Below the pieces are notes generated by a model. It saw only the letters and a program-made list of their open reading frames with translations. It ran no database searches and had not been told where the DNA came from. This document shows, one piece after another, positions 24,001-36,365 of a stretch of DNA of 64,000 nt. The stretch's first letter is position 1. Every line of letters starts with the position of its first letter. This DNA comes from Takakia lepidozioides (lineage: Eukaryota; Plantae; Bryophyta): the NCBI GenBank assembly GCA_030704615.1, contig JAKLZA010000010.1:62001-126000 (forward strand), read 5' to 3'. Both the position numbers and the translations under genes were made by a program.

Positions 24001-26358
24001 GATCCAATGTCAGGAGCTGGAAGAGAGTGGCTATTGCTAGGAAGGAACTTCAGTGCATTGAAACCTCACCTTCTCTTTCGCCTCCACACATGCCGTTGAG
24101 AGGTGATGCAGTTTCTCCAATTGCATGGTCGGCTGCATGGCCCGAGAATAGTGTTTTGCAATCTCGGGGATGAAGTCCTTTCCAAGTGCCGGATCTGCAA
24201 TTGCCACCAGCTTCACAAGCTTTGACTTGTATTTGGTTCTGGACTTGACACCGGCTTCCTTCAAGTGCTCAGTCAATGACTGCAACGTTTTGACCTGCCC
24301 CTCACTTTCCATGAAGAAGCGTTTGGCATGGGCCAAATCCAGCTTGATGTTTGACTGCCAACAAAAACATGCAGAAGCGTTACATTCGATTCATGTGGAA
24401 ACATTACTGAAAATGGGGAAGGATGAGCAGAGGGAAATTGGAGGACGACTTACTTCGTATATCACCTCCACCATTCCATCCATAGTGAGACGATACCATG
24501 TCCGGTCTGTTTTTGCAACGGCTTTCTGAATGAGCTCGGGCTCCAGCATTTCCGCAAACATCTGCGGATCAGTGAGACCAGTTTTCCTCACCCTGTACAG
24601 CATATGTGCCATGTGGGTATGCACGTACGCATTCTCAGTGACCCTGCAAGGCACACTCTCCAGTTCAGTACACGGAAGCACGGAAGCACAAACACCAGAA
24701 TGGAAACCGAAATGCGGCACCGCATTTCGAACGTGCTAGGGAGGGTATGAGTATCTTACGAGTTGAGGTCCGCCATGGCATTCTTGAGCAGGGAGGAGTC
24801 TGCCGCCTTCACCTTGAGGATGACACACTCCACCATGTAATGCCAGCCAATGTGCTTGGCATGGTTCTGCTTGATGTACTCCCACCAGGCGAGAAGTCGG
24901 TGATTCCCGTCCCACACAAAGAACATTTTACCCGACATATGGCCGAAGTCTGGATCACCCTTCAGCGTCGCCTCGAATTCGTTGTTGCGAGTGTGCCAGT
25001 GGGTATCCCACGTTGACAATTCATCGGCAGTGGGTCCACGGTTTCGCCCGTCCTCATTCTCAATGGAAACGTAAAACGCTGCCGATCCCAGACGGTACCC
25101 TTCTCGAAATGCGAACTTGAGCTTATCCACATCTCCGGGAAGGGCCTGCCTGACGATGGGAAGGGAGACCATGCGACAGAGTGGGATTCGAAGAGTCCGC
25201 TGGAATACCCTGCTGCCCAGAACTCTGCCAATGCTACTGTGTGTCTCCTCCAACATTTTATCCGCTGCACTTTTGAAATCCTCCGGAGACATGTCTGTAG
25301 GTGCCGGTAGTGGCTGAGCAGCTGGAGCATCCTCAACTGGAGCTGCACTCTGGGGCCTGTCTGCGGGCAATTCTGCCATTGCAGAGGCCTCCTCCGGGCC
25401 TGCTTGCTCATCGGTGGTGAGGTCTTGCTGCGAACGTTGAGCGGCAGCACCCTCCTCCTCCGTACCAAATCGATCAACGGTCGATCCCATTGCCTTCGCT
25501 GCAGCAGAGTCGGCCCCAACATCTGCAGGCGGGAAATCCTCCAGGAACTGAGCTTCAGCTCGTGGAAGCGGTTTTGCGGGAGATTGTTCGCGCCGTCGCC
25601 CTGATTGCCTTCTGCTTCCTCATCCTTGCAGGTGAAGGTGTCTGCTGCAATTGAATCTGTCTTCTACCCTGCTGCTTCATTCGCGTTGGGGGGGGTGAAT
25701 CGGCCTGAGCCGGTTCAGAAGCCAGTAGAGGGACGGGCTGCTTCTTCTTCGACTTTGCTGGAGAAGGGCCCGACCCCTGCTGGCGATTCTCCATGACCGA
25801 AGAACGCGAGTCGATCTCTGGGACTTTGAACTTGCCCTTCGAAGACGCGTCTTTGAATCGCAGAGGGCTAGGCCCGGCAGGAATACCCGCGCTCGGGGAT
25901 CGGTGGGTGTACGTGCTGCAGCTAGCTCCTCGGACTCTTCCTGCGGCTCTTCGGATTCCTGCGATCCCTCCAGCACGTCCACCTTTCCTGTTAGGCATGC
26001 AAACATGTTCTGCATTCAAGTCTCCTAGCATTCAGTCTAAGAATTACAGAAGCAAAATGGGGGGTTCGGTGCTCGATCAGCTGCGCGCAGCCCGATCGCA
26101 TGGAGCTCTCACTGGTGGCTGGGTTGCCTGAGTGGCCTGCTGCTCGGAGATGGCAATCTCCTCCTGTAGACGCATCTGCTTCCTCCCCTTCGGCATTGGC
26201 CTACGTCCGAAGTATAATTTTCCGAGCTTGCGACGAGGTCTCCTGTCTGGTGCACGAACTCCCCCCCTCTCAGGTTCGAGCATAAGAAGAACAGAGAGAG
26301 GGAAAAGGGGCAAAGAGTGCAGATGGAAAGGGCGCGAGAGGGGTGACTGAGGAGACAC
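21067..26358 (-). pseudogene. Multi-exon gene: ParB/Srx-like domain + helical region + beta-class N4/N6 DNA MTase-like domain + acidic tail (family A)
   Basis: VWDGNHRLLAW (~24900), DMIILDIPDG (~22550), RSPAFIQTIMETC...VLDLICGTG (~21950), DRHLFAYEED. Short GT-AG introns at positions shared with family B; frameshifts present; 5' end uncertain. Confidence 0.72.
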
Positions 26359-26625
26359 GACAAAAGTAGATGAAACGGCGGTGATGCACCACTTGGGTTC
26401 GAAAGGTTGGACGAAAGTGTCTCCTCGTGGAGTTTTGCGTCATTACGAAATTCGAATCGTTCAGGGTACGCCTGCCGTCCGAAAAACAAACATCATTATC
26501 CAACGGTCAGGCCGCGCCGCCTCATGCCCCTTCAGTCAGATAGAGTGCCGACATGTGCAGCAATTCCGTTGCTCCACGTGTTCACATTTCAAGGCATTTC
26601 CGTCCAGCGTCTGATGAGTTGGAGC

Positions 26626-28232
26626 GAAATGCGAATGCGGCGCCGCATTTCCGTTAAGTACCATCACGAAGCTACACATCCGTACTTGTTGGAAGAAAAT
26701 GCGGCACCGCATTTCCGTTCCACCTTCACATACCTTAGTTGTTGAACGGAAATACGGTGCCGCATTTCCGTCCCACAGCTCCATGTATGAGATTCAAAAG
26801 GGAAATGCGGCGCCGCATTTCCGTTCCCCTGTCACATACGTTGTTGATGAACGGAAATGCCGTGCCACATTTCGTTCGGGAAAGTAGAGAGGTCTCACCT
26901 CTGGACAGAATGCGGTGTCGCATTTCCGGTCTGGAAAGTTTTGAAGGTCTCACATGGATGGAAATGCGGCACACACATTTCCGTAGCACAGCTCCAGGCC
27001 CAATATACAAACGGAAATGCGGCGCCGCATTTCCGTTCGAGAATGTCGGAAGGTGCGACTCGAACGGAAATGCGGTGCCGCATTTCTGTACCCGTTGCGC
27101 ACGATTTTCAGTCAGAATGGAAATGCGGTACCGCATTTCCGTTCTGTAGAGTATTAACGTCTGACGCTGGCGGAAATGCCATTCCCGCATTTTCGTTCCA
27201 CAGCTCCATGCCTCACATACAAAACGGAAATGCGGCGCCGCATTTCCGTTTTGGAATGTCGGATGGTGGGACTCCGACGGAAATGCGGTACCGCATTTCA
27301 ATTCCGATGTTCAGGATATTTCATCAGAACGGAAATGCGGTGCCGCATTTCCTTTTGAAATCTAATACATTCCGTCTGGAATGTTGGGAGGTGCGACTCG
27401 GATGGAAATGCGCTGCCGCATTTCAGTTCCGATGGTTCACGATTTTCAGTCAGAACGGAAATGCGGTACCGCATTTCCGTTCTGGAATGATTGGTAGGTG
27501 CGACTCGGATGGAAATACGGTGCCGCATTTCAGTTCAGATGGTTCACGATTTTCAGTCAGAACGGAAATGCGGTGCCGCATTTCCGTTCTGGATAGTATG
27601 AATGTCTCAACCGGTCGGAATTGCGCTGTATGAAGCTGTCGGAATCTTACTCGGCTCCATGCATCAGATACAAAATGGAAATGCGGCGCCGCATTTCCGT
27701 TCTGGAATGTCGAAAAGTGCGACTCGGACGGAAATGCGGTGCCGCATTTCTGTTCCCGTTGTTCATAATTCTCAATCAGAACGGAAATGCGGTACCGCAT
27801 TTCCGTTCCACCTTCACATACCGTGCTTGTTGAATGAAATGCGGTACCGCATTTCCGTTCTCGAGAGTATGAATGTCTTTTAAGGACGGAAATGTGCTGC
27901 AGCAGCATTTCTATCCCTCAGCTCCATGCATCAGATACAAAATGGAAATGCGGCGCCGCATTTCCGTTCTGAAATGTCGGAAAAGTGCGACTCGGACGGA
28001 AATGCGGTGCCGCATTTCTGTTCCCGTTGTTCATAAATCTCAATCAGAACGGAAATGCGGTACCGCATTTCCGTTCGACCTTCACATACCGTGCTTGCTG
28101 GATGGAAATGCGTTACCGCATTTCCGTTCTGGAGAGTATAAAGGTTTCCCCCGGACGGAAACTCGGTGCCGCATTTCCGTCGCTCTGGTGCATGACCAAG
28201 ATGCAATACGGAAATGCGGCGCCGTATTTCCG
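26626..28232. repeat. Central array of ~30 A-type palindromes between the divergent genes
   Basis: Example: 27451-27484 CAGAACGGAAATGCGGTACCGCATTTCCGTTCTG; ~53-bp spacing. Confidence 0.95.
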
Positions 28233-28767
28233 TCCACCAGCAATCGAAAGAATCACTCGGGACGGGAAATCTGGAACCTCAATGGGTTGCATTGTTCCGA
28301 AACAACACAATTGCGGCCAGTCTTGATGAGCACAACTTGGTTGTCTGACCGTGACCGTTTTAACCAGCAGTCCTGGCACTTGTCAGTGCGAACGTTCCTG
28401 TCTGCACCGAGAATACTGCTGGATCCACCCTCAGGAGAAACTGTCAGGAGATGTTATTTCGTCGCCGAATCGGCCATCATTGTCCTACTCACTGGCTATG
28501 GAATCAAACCTCCCACCTTCATGCATGTAGCTTGAAACAATACTTTCCACTTCAATGTGCGACTTCCAATCGTCGATGGACTCCGCAGATCCACTTAGAT
28601 GGTGCCTGTGAGCCTTGGTCTGTCGCTATACTGAACCTCGCACTTGCCAACTTCGTGCGGTCTTCGATGGCTCCGAATTCCTACGCTATAGTTTGCTGTC
28701 CTCCGCAACTTGGGAGAGCCTGGATCCCAAACGAGGGAGGACTTTGCAGAGTGACTGAAACTTACCT

Positions 28768-31700
28768 TTGTTCCAAATTCAAGCTCAAACCGGGCACAGT
28801 TTATTGGAAGAAGAAATGAAGGATGTTCCTGGACAGGTTGACGAGACCATTGTCGTGCTAGGTAACGACGGAGGTTGCGGAATCGAATGGCACGTTCCCC
28901 CGTCAGACACCATCCTGTACCGAGCTGTGGGAATGCCCATTCCCTTTCCGAATCAGTCGCTGCCCACACCATCCACAAAGGAGTCCGGAAACCGAGAGGC
29001 GGCCACTGCCAACAGAGAGGTATGCAACGATAATCATTCCCGACCTGGACCGTCAAGACCCTCCATAGCTTCTCGTGTGGACGTATTCGACATTTCCGAC
29101 GAGGAAGATGATTGCATTGAGGTACCCATGTCCTCCACACGGTCGTTCAAATCCGGCATGGACGTCTCTGTAGGTGCTACGCATGTGCCCTCGAGCATAA
29201 CTCCAACCCGGTCCATTGTGCAGCTCCTACGACAACATCACCTCGATGGTTCTCGCTCCGAGCTGGCTGCTCTCGACTATGCCAATTCCCAGTCAGAAAG
29301 GTAACTTTTCTGCCTCCCGAAGTCGATGGCAATGTCATCTTCGAGTTTCCACCTGTTTCTTCGTCAAAGAAAGCCTCCGGGATGTTAACAGACATGGATC
29401 GAAAGCATGACGGACACCCCTGGTGTGTGACGAAGACCAGTAGCACGAAAATTGCTGATGGTGTTCGTGTACGATATGTCCTCTGTGCGGGGAAGCTGAG
29501 GTGCCTCAATCCCACCTGCTTCCACTTTCTCTCCAAAGGAGGGCGGAGAAACGAGACGGATTGGACTGGCACAACGCATCATCCATTCATTGTCTCCAGC
29601 CAAGCTCCTGCGGGTTCTTTCAAGTGTGCACATTGCAAAGAACCACCGACGTGCATGTCCATGTGCAGAGCCAAGCAATATTACGTAATCCATTTGCTCC
29701 CGGACTTGACTAGAGCTTGCATACACGTTGGGGTCCACTGCCACCCCTTGGCGAGAGGCAACATGCGTGAGGCTGTGCAGGAAGCACACGACATCATAAA
29801 AGAGGAGGTGAAATTGAGCCCCGGAGCCAGACCAAAGCAGATTCAGCTGAAGGCAGCCCACAAGATTGCTCTTGGCAAAATCATGTCTGAAGATGGTTCC
29901 GACCGAGAGCCCTTGACCGAAGACGAGATGCGTGACCTCTTGGAGTCCGTCTCGCACGTTTGTAGTCCGAATGTGCGGAATCACATCGTATCTTGCAAGC
30001 AGGAGTTCGGCAGGGGGTCGGACATGTACTCAATCCTGGAGGTGAAACGAATGACTGGATATGACTACATCCAAGGTAGCAGGTTTCCAGGGCAAGGCAG
30101 CGAATCCGATCGTTGTTACATTTTCAAAATGTCGACGTGTGGGCCTGGGAGTGGAGTCGACTTGGTCACTCGCATGACAACTGGAAACTTGTCGAATGCT
30201 TGGGTGATGTTTGATCACATCAAGCGAATTACAAACCATCAGTGGGTGACTATGGGTGCGCATGTTTATGACTATCACTCCAAGAGGCTCATGACGATTG
30301 CAATCTGCGAGATGAAAGGGGAGGACACACAGTCCGAGATGCATCTGTGGGAGGGCATAAACGAGCAGATGGCAAGGGCGGGATTGCCAGAGCCCAATTT
30401 CAGGGGATTCATGGCAGACAACGCTCAGGCCAACTGGGCAGCGGTGCGGCGTGTGTACGTGAGGACCCCAATGTTCCAATGGAGGGGAAAGAGAGATCCT
30501 GTGGATTCCATTGGATGCAGAGTCTATCCCACTACACTACCAAATTTGTTGCTAGCTCATTCCAGGCTGAACACCGTGTCCTTTGTACGGCGTGGAAGGA
30601 TGCACCCACATTTGATGACGCGGAGGTTAAGTTTGCTATCATCGAGGCTTGGTGGAACACGTCAGGTGCAGTGGAGACAACCAATCTGGGAGCATTGCAC
30701 AGCTGGTTGGGGGTGGTGCATTTTCGGTATCGACAGTTCGGACAGTACATGCGGGAGGTAGGCTGCTGTCAATTTCGTTCATTTGTCTTTCTGTTACGGA
30801 CATTTCGATTGGTCCCTCACCATTGTTTGTGTCCTTCTAGGAGCGGTGCTTGGATTCCGACACGGACATGCCGAACACGAATATGGCAGAATCGGTCCAC
30901 TCCTCCTGGCGAGCGTCTTCTGCCGCACATCTGGTGGACGTAGTGACGGCCACAACGGAGGACATCGACAGAGCAATCATGCAGCAAGCCACGTACTACA
31001 AGTTCCTGAGCGGCAAACAATGGGGCTTTGGGCCGGACAGGGAGGAATTGTTGGTACGAACAGCTTCGAGGTCCAAGAATCCAGTGAAATGGGCGACAGC
31101 ATTGCGAGAGAAGATCAAAGGGACGCCTCTGCACCGCAGAGGTGAACACCTAGAGGGGACGTCCGGACTCGCCCTGTCAGGCGGAGGATTGAAGAGGAAC
31201 CCGGGTGCGAAGAGGATTCCTGGAGATCCGACAGGAACATTCGGACAGCACCTCGAGGTCCCGTCATGTTGCCGCACAATGTGTCTTCCAGCAGTGGAAG
31301 CCCAAGAAATTCCAGATCGCCGTCGCCTTCAACCGGGGATTTCGTGCAACAAATTCCCACCGCTCCCTTGCCCCACATTCCGCCCGCTGTTATGCAGTAT
31401 GGCCAAGCCATTGTGGAGACGACTGTGTCTGCCTCACAGTGGAGAATTGCTCGCACAAAGCCGTCGTTTCGAGGAAGGTGTTCCGCAATTCGTGTGGATA
31501 CACGGCAACGTTGTTTAGAGATGATAAGGAGGAATCCAGATGGGGCTGTCCCTGCTCCTACTTTTACAGGAAGATTTGTCCATGCAAAGTTTGCGGAGGC
31601 GACAACCACCCAGTTCTGGTTCTGCAGGCACGACATTATGACTTGCGTGTATGGAAAGCCCAAGTACGGCATACAAACAATGCCAGAGGCTCCCCCGGTG

Positions 31701-32269
31701 TGGCCGGTGGAACCAGGCTGCGATCTGAGTCAGGTTGAGGCCGACGCCCTTACCGCCGCAGGATTTCGGATGGTGCAGCGCACTGACGTCCCCAGAGAAC
31801 CATTTCCGCTTCCACAGCCTCCACCACCGACCCCTGTGAGAGCAAGAACAATGGGACACGACAGCTCTAAGCATCCTACACACCGTTGGGGGAAACCGAA
31901 GAGGCGGCGACCTCCCTCAAAAGTGAACGAGACAAGGATGGGGAATGCACTTCGGATGAACTGTACAATCCAGAGCTCGACAGAAGTGCCCCCACCAGGA
32001 TTCGGGCGTGTGTATCAATGGCCACGGCGGACTCAGCTGTTCGCAATGAGGTGTACACCATCACCATTTCAGAATTACCCACCTGCAATTGCACCGACTT
32101 CCAGATCATGGCGAACAAGGGGGCATCATACTGCCCTTGCAAGCATTTGTACTACGTGTACCTAAAGAGACTCCGTTGTAATTCCACAACTCATCACTTC
32201 ATACATGCACCAGGGTTGAGCCCCCAGGAGGTTCACACTCTTCTGAATATGGATCCAGGGGACCAGTGA
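28768..32269 (+). pseudogene. Mutator-like transposase (GCM-like, DDE, SWIM) with a likely intron near 30758-30870 and a few frameshifts
   Basis: ORFs 28768, 29382, 30347, 30850, 31266 and 31886 join into GCM-like - MFDH..MADN..CGFH..AES - SWIM. Confidence 0.82.
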
Positions 32270-33019
32270 GCTTGGCTTGCGGTCCACATACAATGGTACG
32301 CCCATCCTTTTCGGATAGTAGAACTGTACTGCTGCTAGTACCTCAGACTCTGGCCACAGAAAGGTCCGACATATGTCTTGCCTACCAGTAACCTGTTTTG
32401 CTCGAACTAAGATATTACTATATCGTTCACTTGTTTCCACGTGCATGTATTTTTGTATGTTGGAGGGTTCATGTTTTTCTGCTTTCCGAAAACTTGCTTT
32501 CCTCATTCGACCTCCGACAAGGAAATGCGGCGCCGAATTTCCAAGTATCGTCGTAGGTACCCCCAGAGGCGGCCTTCGCCAACACCAAACCGCTCCGAAA
32601 TTTCGCACGTGCGAACCCTAATGCGGCACCCTATTTCCCAGTTCAGTTGCAAACCTTTCCCGCCGAATACCCGAAGAAGACAGAATTGTGAAGTACTGCA
32701 GACTGTATTGGTGCAGACTCCATTGGTTCAATCGCGGCAAAAGGGTCAGCTTCATTCCAATGTTAAGGCATGTAAAACCGCGGAATACTCTATACAGGCC
32801 AGTATGCGACGTCCTTTTGCAGTGGTATACTGGATTTCCCGTTGCACGGTCACTTATTTCCATGAGCGGATCTAAAAAACCATGAGCGGACTTGTTACTG
32901 ACGACATATCTTCGCCGCATTACATGATCTGGAACGTCCAAAAACGGCAAGGTCAAATAAAAAACTATTATTTTAATACTTGTTTAATCTGCCGCATTTC
33001 CAAATTTGGAGGAGTCCGC

Positions 33020-33120
33020 TCATGAAATCCGCGTATCTTAGACTTCGGCTCACCGCTCATGCGGCTCATGCGGCTCATGGCTCATGGCTCATGGTTTCTG
33101 CTCATGAAATAGTAAACCTC
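33020..33120 (-). repeat. Right terminal inverted repeat of A2
   Basis: Reverse complement of 9708-9812. Confidence 0.88.
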
Positions 33121-33807
33121 ATCTAGAGGGCTATTACCGCTTTGAGCGAGGTGAGGGCGAGGGTCAATGCGGTCCGTGGGTCCTGAAAATTGTTGACCTC
33201 GATATACCAAGCAGGAAAGGGATGCCGGACAGATCACGCACGGCCTCGCTTTGGCGCTGGAACTGCTGCTAGTGGACCAGGGAGGACAGCACCGGGGAAA
33301 ACTATATACGTGCAGATCACTCCGCTCTTCCAGTGTATGGAGACATTCGGCTGAGTTGCGAAGACGAATCGCACGGGCACATGAGGCCCACAGTGACCTT
33401 GTCAATGTATGATGGTGGTATCATTGATGGACATGACATTGTCGTCGGCTCAAGCAAGGGCAGCAGAACGACCAAATTGCAGTTTACCTCGAGGTGCCGC
33501 AGTAGTGATGAGCTTGTTTTGAGGGGTATCGAAGTTCCGTCGACTTGGTGAAGCCCATGTAGAAGGAGGAAGGGCTTAGTTTTGTCTGCAGTTGGTAAAT
33601 GTGAGACATCGTGTCCGATCAATAAACCCATCGTACCTCACTTCTGTATGATTGTGTTTCATTCTGTTGAATAACTGTCGGAATTGGCCCACTGTTTACA
33701 ATTTGATGTCTCATTTCTACAATTTGTGTGTCCGGATGAATATACCAGAGTAACCGGTATGAGAGTCATGTGTCAAGAATATACCAGAGTAACGCCATGT
33801 CGGACAT

Positions 33808-34595
33808 GGAAATGCGGCACCGCATTTCCATGTCGGACATTGGAATGCGCTGCCGCATTTCCATGTTGGAGAAGGAAATGCGGTGCCGCATTTCCATGCC
33901 GACATGGAAATGTATGAACCGCATTTCAGTGTCGGACAATGGAATGCGGTGCATCATTTCCGTCCAGGTACAGGAAATACCAACACGGGTCTATAAATTG
34001 GACAGACAACGAGGTTGGCATTGCAAATGCGGCGACGCATTTCCAGCTTGGCAATGGAAACTTCTTTTTGGACAAGGGAATGCGGTGCCGCATTTCCGTC
34101 CAACACTTCGAAAAGTGCACCCATTTCCGACCAGCTTGATGGAATGCGTTACCGCATTTCCGTGAGAGGGTCTGCAAATGGACAAATTGCGATGTCCGTT
34201 CTGGAAATGCGGCGCCGCATTTCCATGTCCGTCATCGACTTTTTTTTTACAATGGAATGCGGTGCCAATTTTTGCTGATGGGCCTGCAGTTCGAACAACG
34301 ACCATCCCCAATATGGAAATGCGGCACCGCATTTCCAATTCCGCCATCTCGACCTCCTTGTTCGACCTCTGTAAGCGTGCTGGCATCCATGCAATGAGCG
34401 GGAGAGGCCAAAACTGGCGTGTGGACAAAGGAAATTTTGGAAATGCGGCACCGCATTTCCAATCGGCCGATTACTTTTTACTATGCCAACCATGAAATGG
34501 AAATTTTTTTCCCTCCCCTGTTTTGGAAATGCGGTGCCGCATTTCCAAAAGAGGTTTTTAGAGTTGCCAAAATTTTGGAAATGCGGTGCCCCATT
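33808..34595. repeat. A-type palindrome array in copy A3
   Basis: Equivalent of 20190-20930. Confidence 0.9.
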
Positions 34596-36005
34596 TCTGA
34601 TTTTGGGAGCGTCGTGGTTTGGGCAATTGTGTGGCTGGAATGCACACTGGAGAGGGGTCACGAATGTCGGGGAGAATTTCCTTTATATACTCTGGAAGAG
34701 AATTTACATTTACAGAGACTTCATTAAAATTCTATTAATCTTGAAAGTCATCCGAATCCTCATCCTGTTCTACACTGTCCTGCTCCGCCTCCACCCCCTC
34801 AGTGCCTTTCTCATCTCCAGCGGACTGCTCGTTGGCCAGGCTTTCAAAAATCCCATCTTCCCCTTGCGGAACTGTCCACCTCACTTCCGTTGGGTCGTCT
34901 TCCTCCCTGTCTGCGTCGCTCTCATCCGCTGAATCACATATGTACTTTCGTACCCGTCTACCTGTCTGAGCTGCTGCCAACTCTTTCCTTATCCTTCTGT
35001 CCTCCCTAGCCCTCTCCAAAATCTGCTCTACTTTACTAGGATTCTCACTTCTTCTAATCGCTGTATTTGCGAGTTTAGCTGCATAACTAGGAAGGGAGTA
35101 GTCCCTCACCGGGCTCGTCATGAAGTCGGCCCTCGCAAAGAACGGGATATTCTTCCTGGCAGGAAGTGTAGGCCCTACATGTTTCGACCCGGACCCTGCA
35201 ATCCTGCACATGACAATCATCAACGAGACTAATGAGAACCACAGTCGGGAAATTCGTTTGACATAAATGACCCAGAAGGCTTTGCAAACTTACAATGTTT
35301 ACACTCACTCGTATTCCCAGTTCTCCTCCGCATCAATGTCCACTGTGTCTTCCTCGGACTCCGACGAATCCGAGGAGACTTTCGCTCTGTTGGGAGCCTT
35401 AACATTCCGTTGCAGCCCTTCCAGATGGGATCCCCACACGGATGAATCCTCCTCGTAGGCAAAGAGGTGCCGGTCGGAAAACCGCCCAGCCCACATTGAG
35501 GCACCTGGTACAATGCCATCCACACATTACCACATGGCGCTTCAGATGTTGCGAACTACATCCTAACGAGAATTTGCAGAACAGCATAGATCAAGATTCT
35601 GCATACCTGTCCCACAGATGAGGTCGAGCACTGTGCCCTCCACGTCTGTGCATGTCTCCATAATTGTCTGAATGAAGGCAGGGCTCCGAGTCCGTGAGTA
35701 CCGCAGGGGTTCCGTTGAAGTGAGGCTATGAGGGAGAAGTTCCTTGGGAACGTTGTTGAACAGAACGTCGTAATCGAGGGGGTCGCAGTTCGGGTCAACC
35801 TTTCCTCCCTCCTTCCGGAAAGCAAAGTTGGAGTTCTCCTTCACAAAGCAGTATGCATCGAACTGCTTCGTCTGCATACACAGGGGGGAACGATTAGAAA
35901 CCGAATGCGGCACCGCATTTGAAAACACCCAAGCAAATGAATGGACGAGTGCCTGTGTCGTAATCACCTTCTTCCCTTCCGACCGAAGGCCCAGTGTGTT
36001 GATGC

Positions 36006-36365
36006 TGTCAAGTTAAATAAGCACAGTGTGAAAACAGCTAGAATAAAACTAGTTATTTGTAGTTAACACTTGGATTTAGGTCAAGTGTTAAATCAGGTGT
36101 CAAGTTTAGTTTGACACCTGGTCCGTCTTATCTTCACGAGAGCGGCAGTCGCGCGGCTCATCTTTCTCGAGTTGAGCCTGCGCGACCGAGCTCCTGTGTG
36201 CGTTTAGATCTGAGTTTACTCATGATGGGAGTGTAGGTTGTTGTGGGGTGGAGTCCCCATAGCTTGGGGTGCCCCTGGCTCGACTACTGTTTTAAAGAGT
36301 GATGGTTTTGGATTTCACATTGTTTCTTGTGTGGAGAGCAGTGTCATTTGTTAGCTTTCTTATCA
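36006..36365 (+). repeat. Split direct repeat a1 (360 bp)
   Basis: Matches 47336-47695 with about 2 substitutions seen by eye. Confidence 0.95.

Larger units (their letters stand above)
17769..33120 (+). mobile_element. Apparently full-length 15.35-kb MULE-like element, family A, copy A2
   Basis: Inverted termini GGGGCTGCTATTTCATGAGC... and ...GCTCATGAAATAGTAAACCTC. Contains the cargo gene pair, ParB-MTase gene, palindrome arrays and transposase. No TSD is seen. Confidence 0.85.

Noticed and set aside
24756-25490. Bacterial contamination or prophage as the source of the ParB and MTase motifs
   Set aside because: The motifs are split by spliceosomal-type introns and embedded among eukaryotic transposons in multiple copies.
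26626-28232. CRISPR array (palindromic repeats with spacers at a regular period)
   Set aside because: Spacers are themselves repeated or related, there are no cas genes, the context is eukaryotic with introns, and the motif is also dispersed singly through the element.
9708-33120. A1 and A2 as the arms of one giant inverted-repeat element
   Set aside because: A2 has its own left terminus at 17769 and the two copies are separated by an unsized gap, so their relative orientation may be a scaffolding effect.
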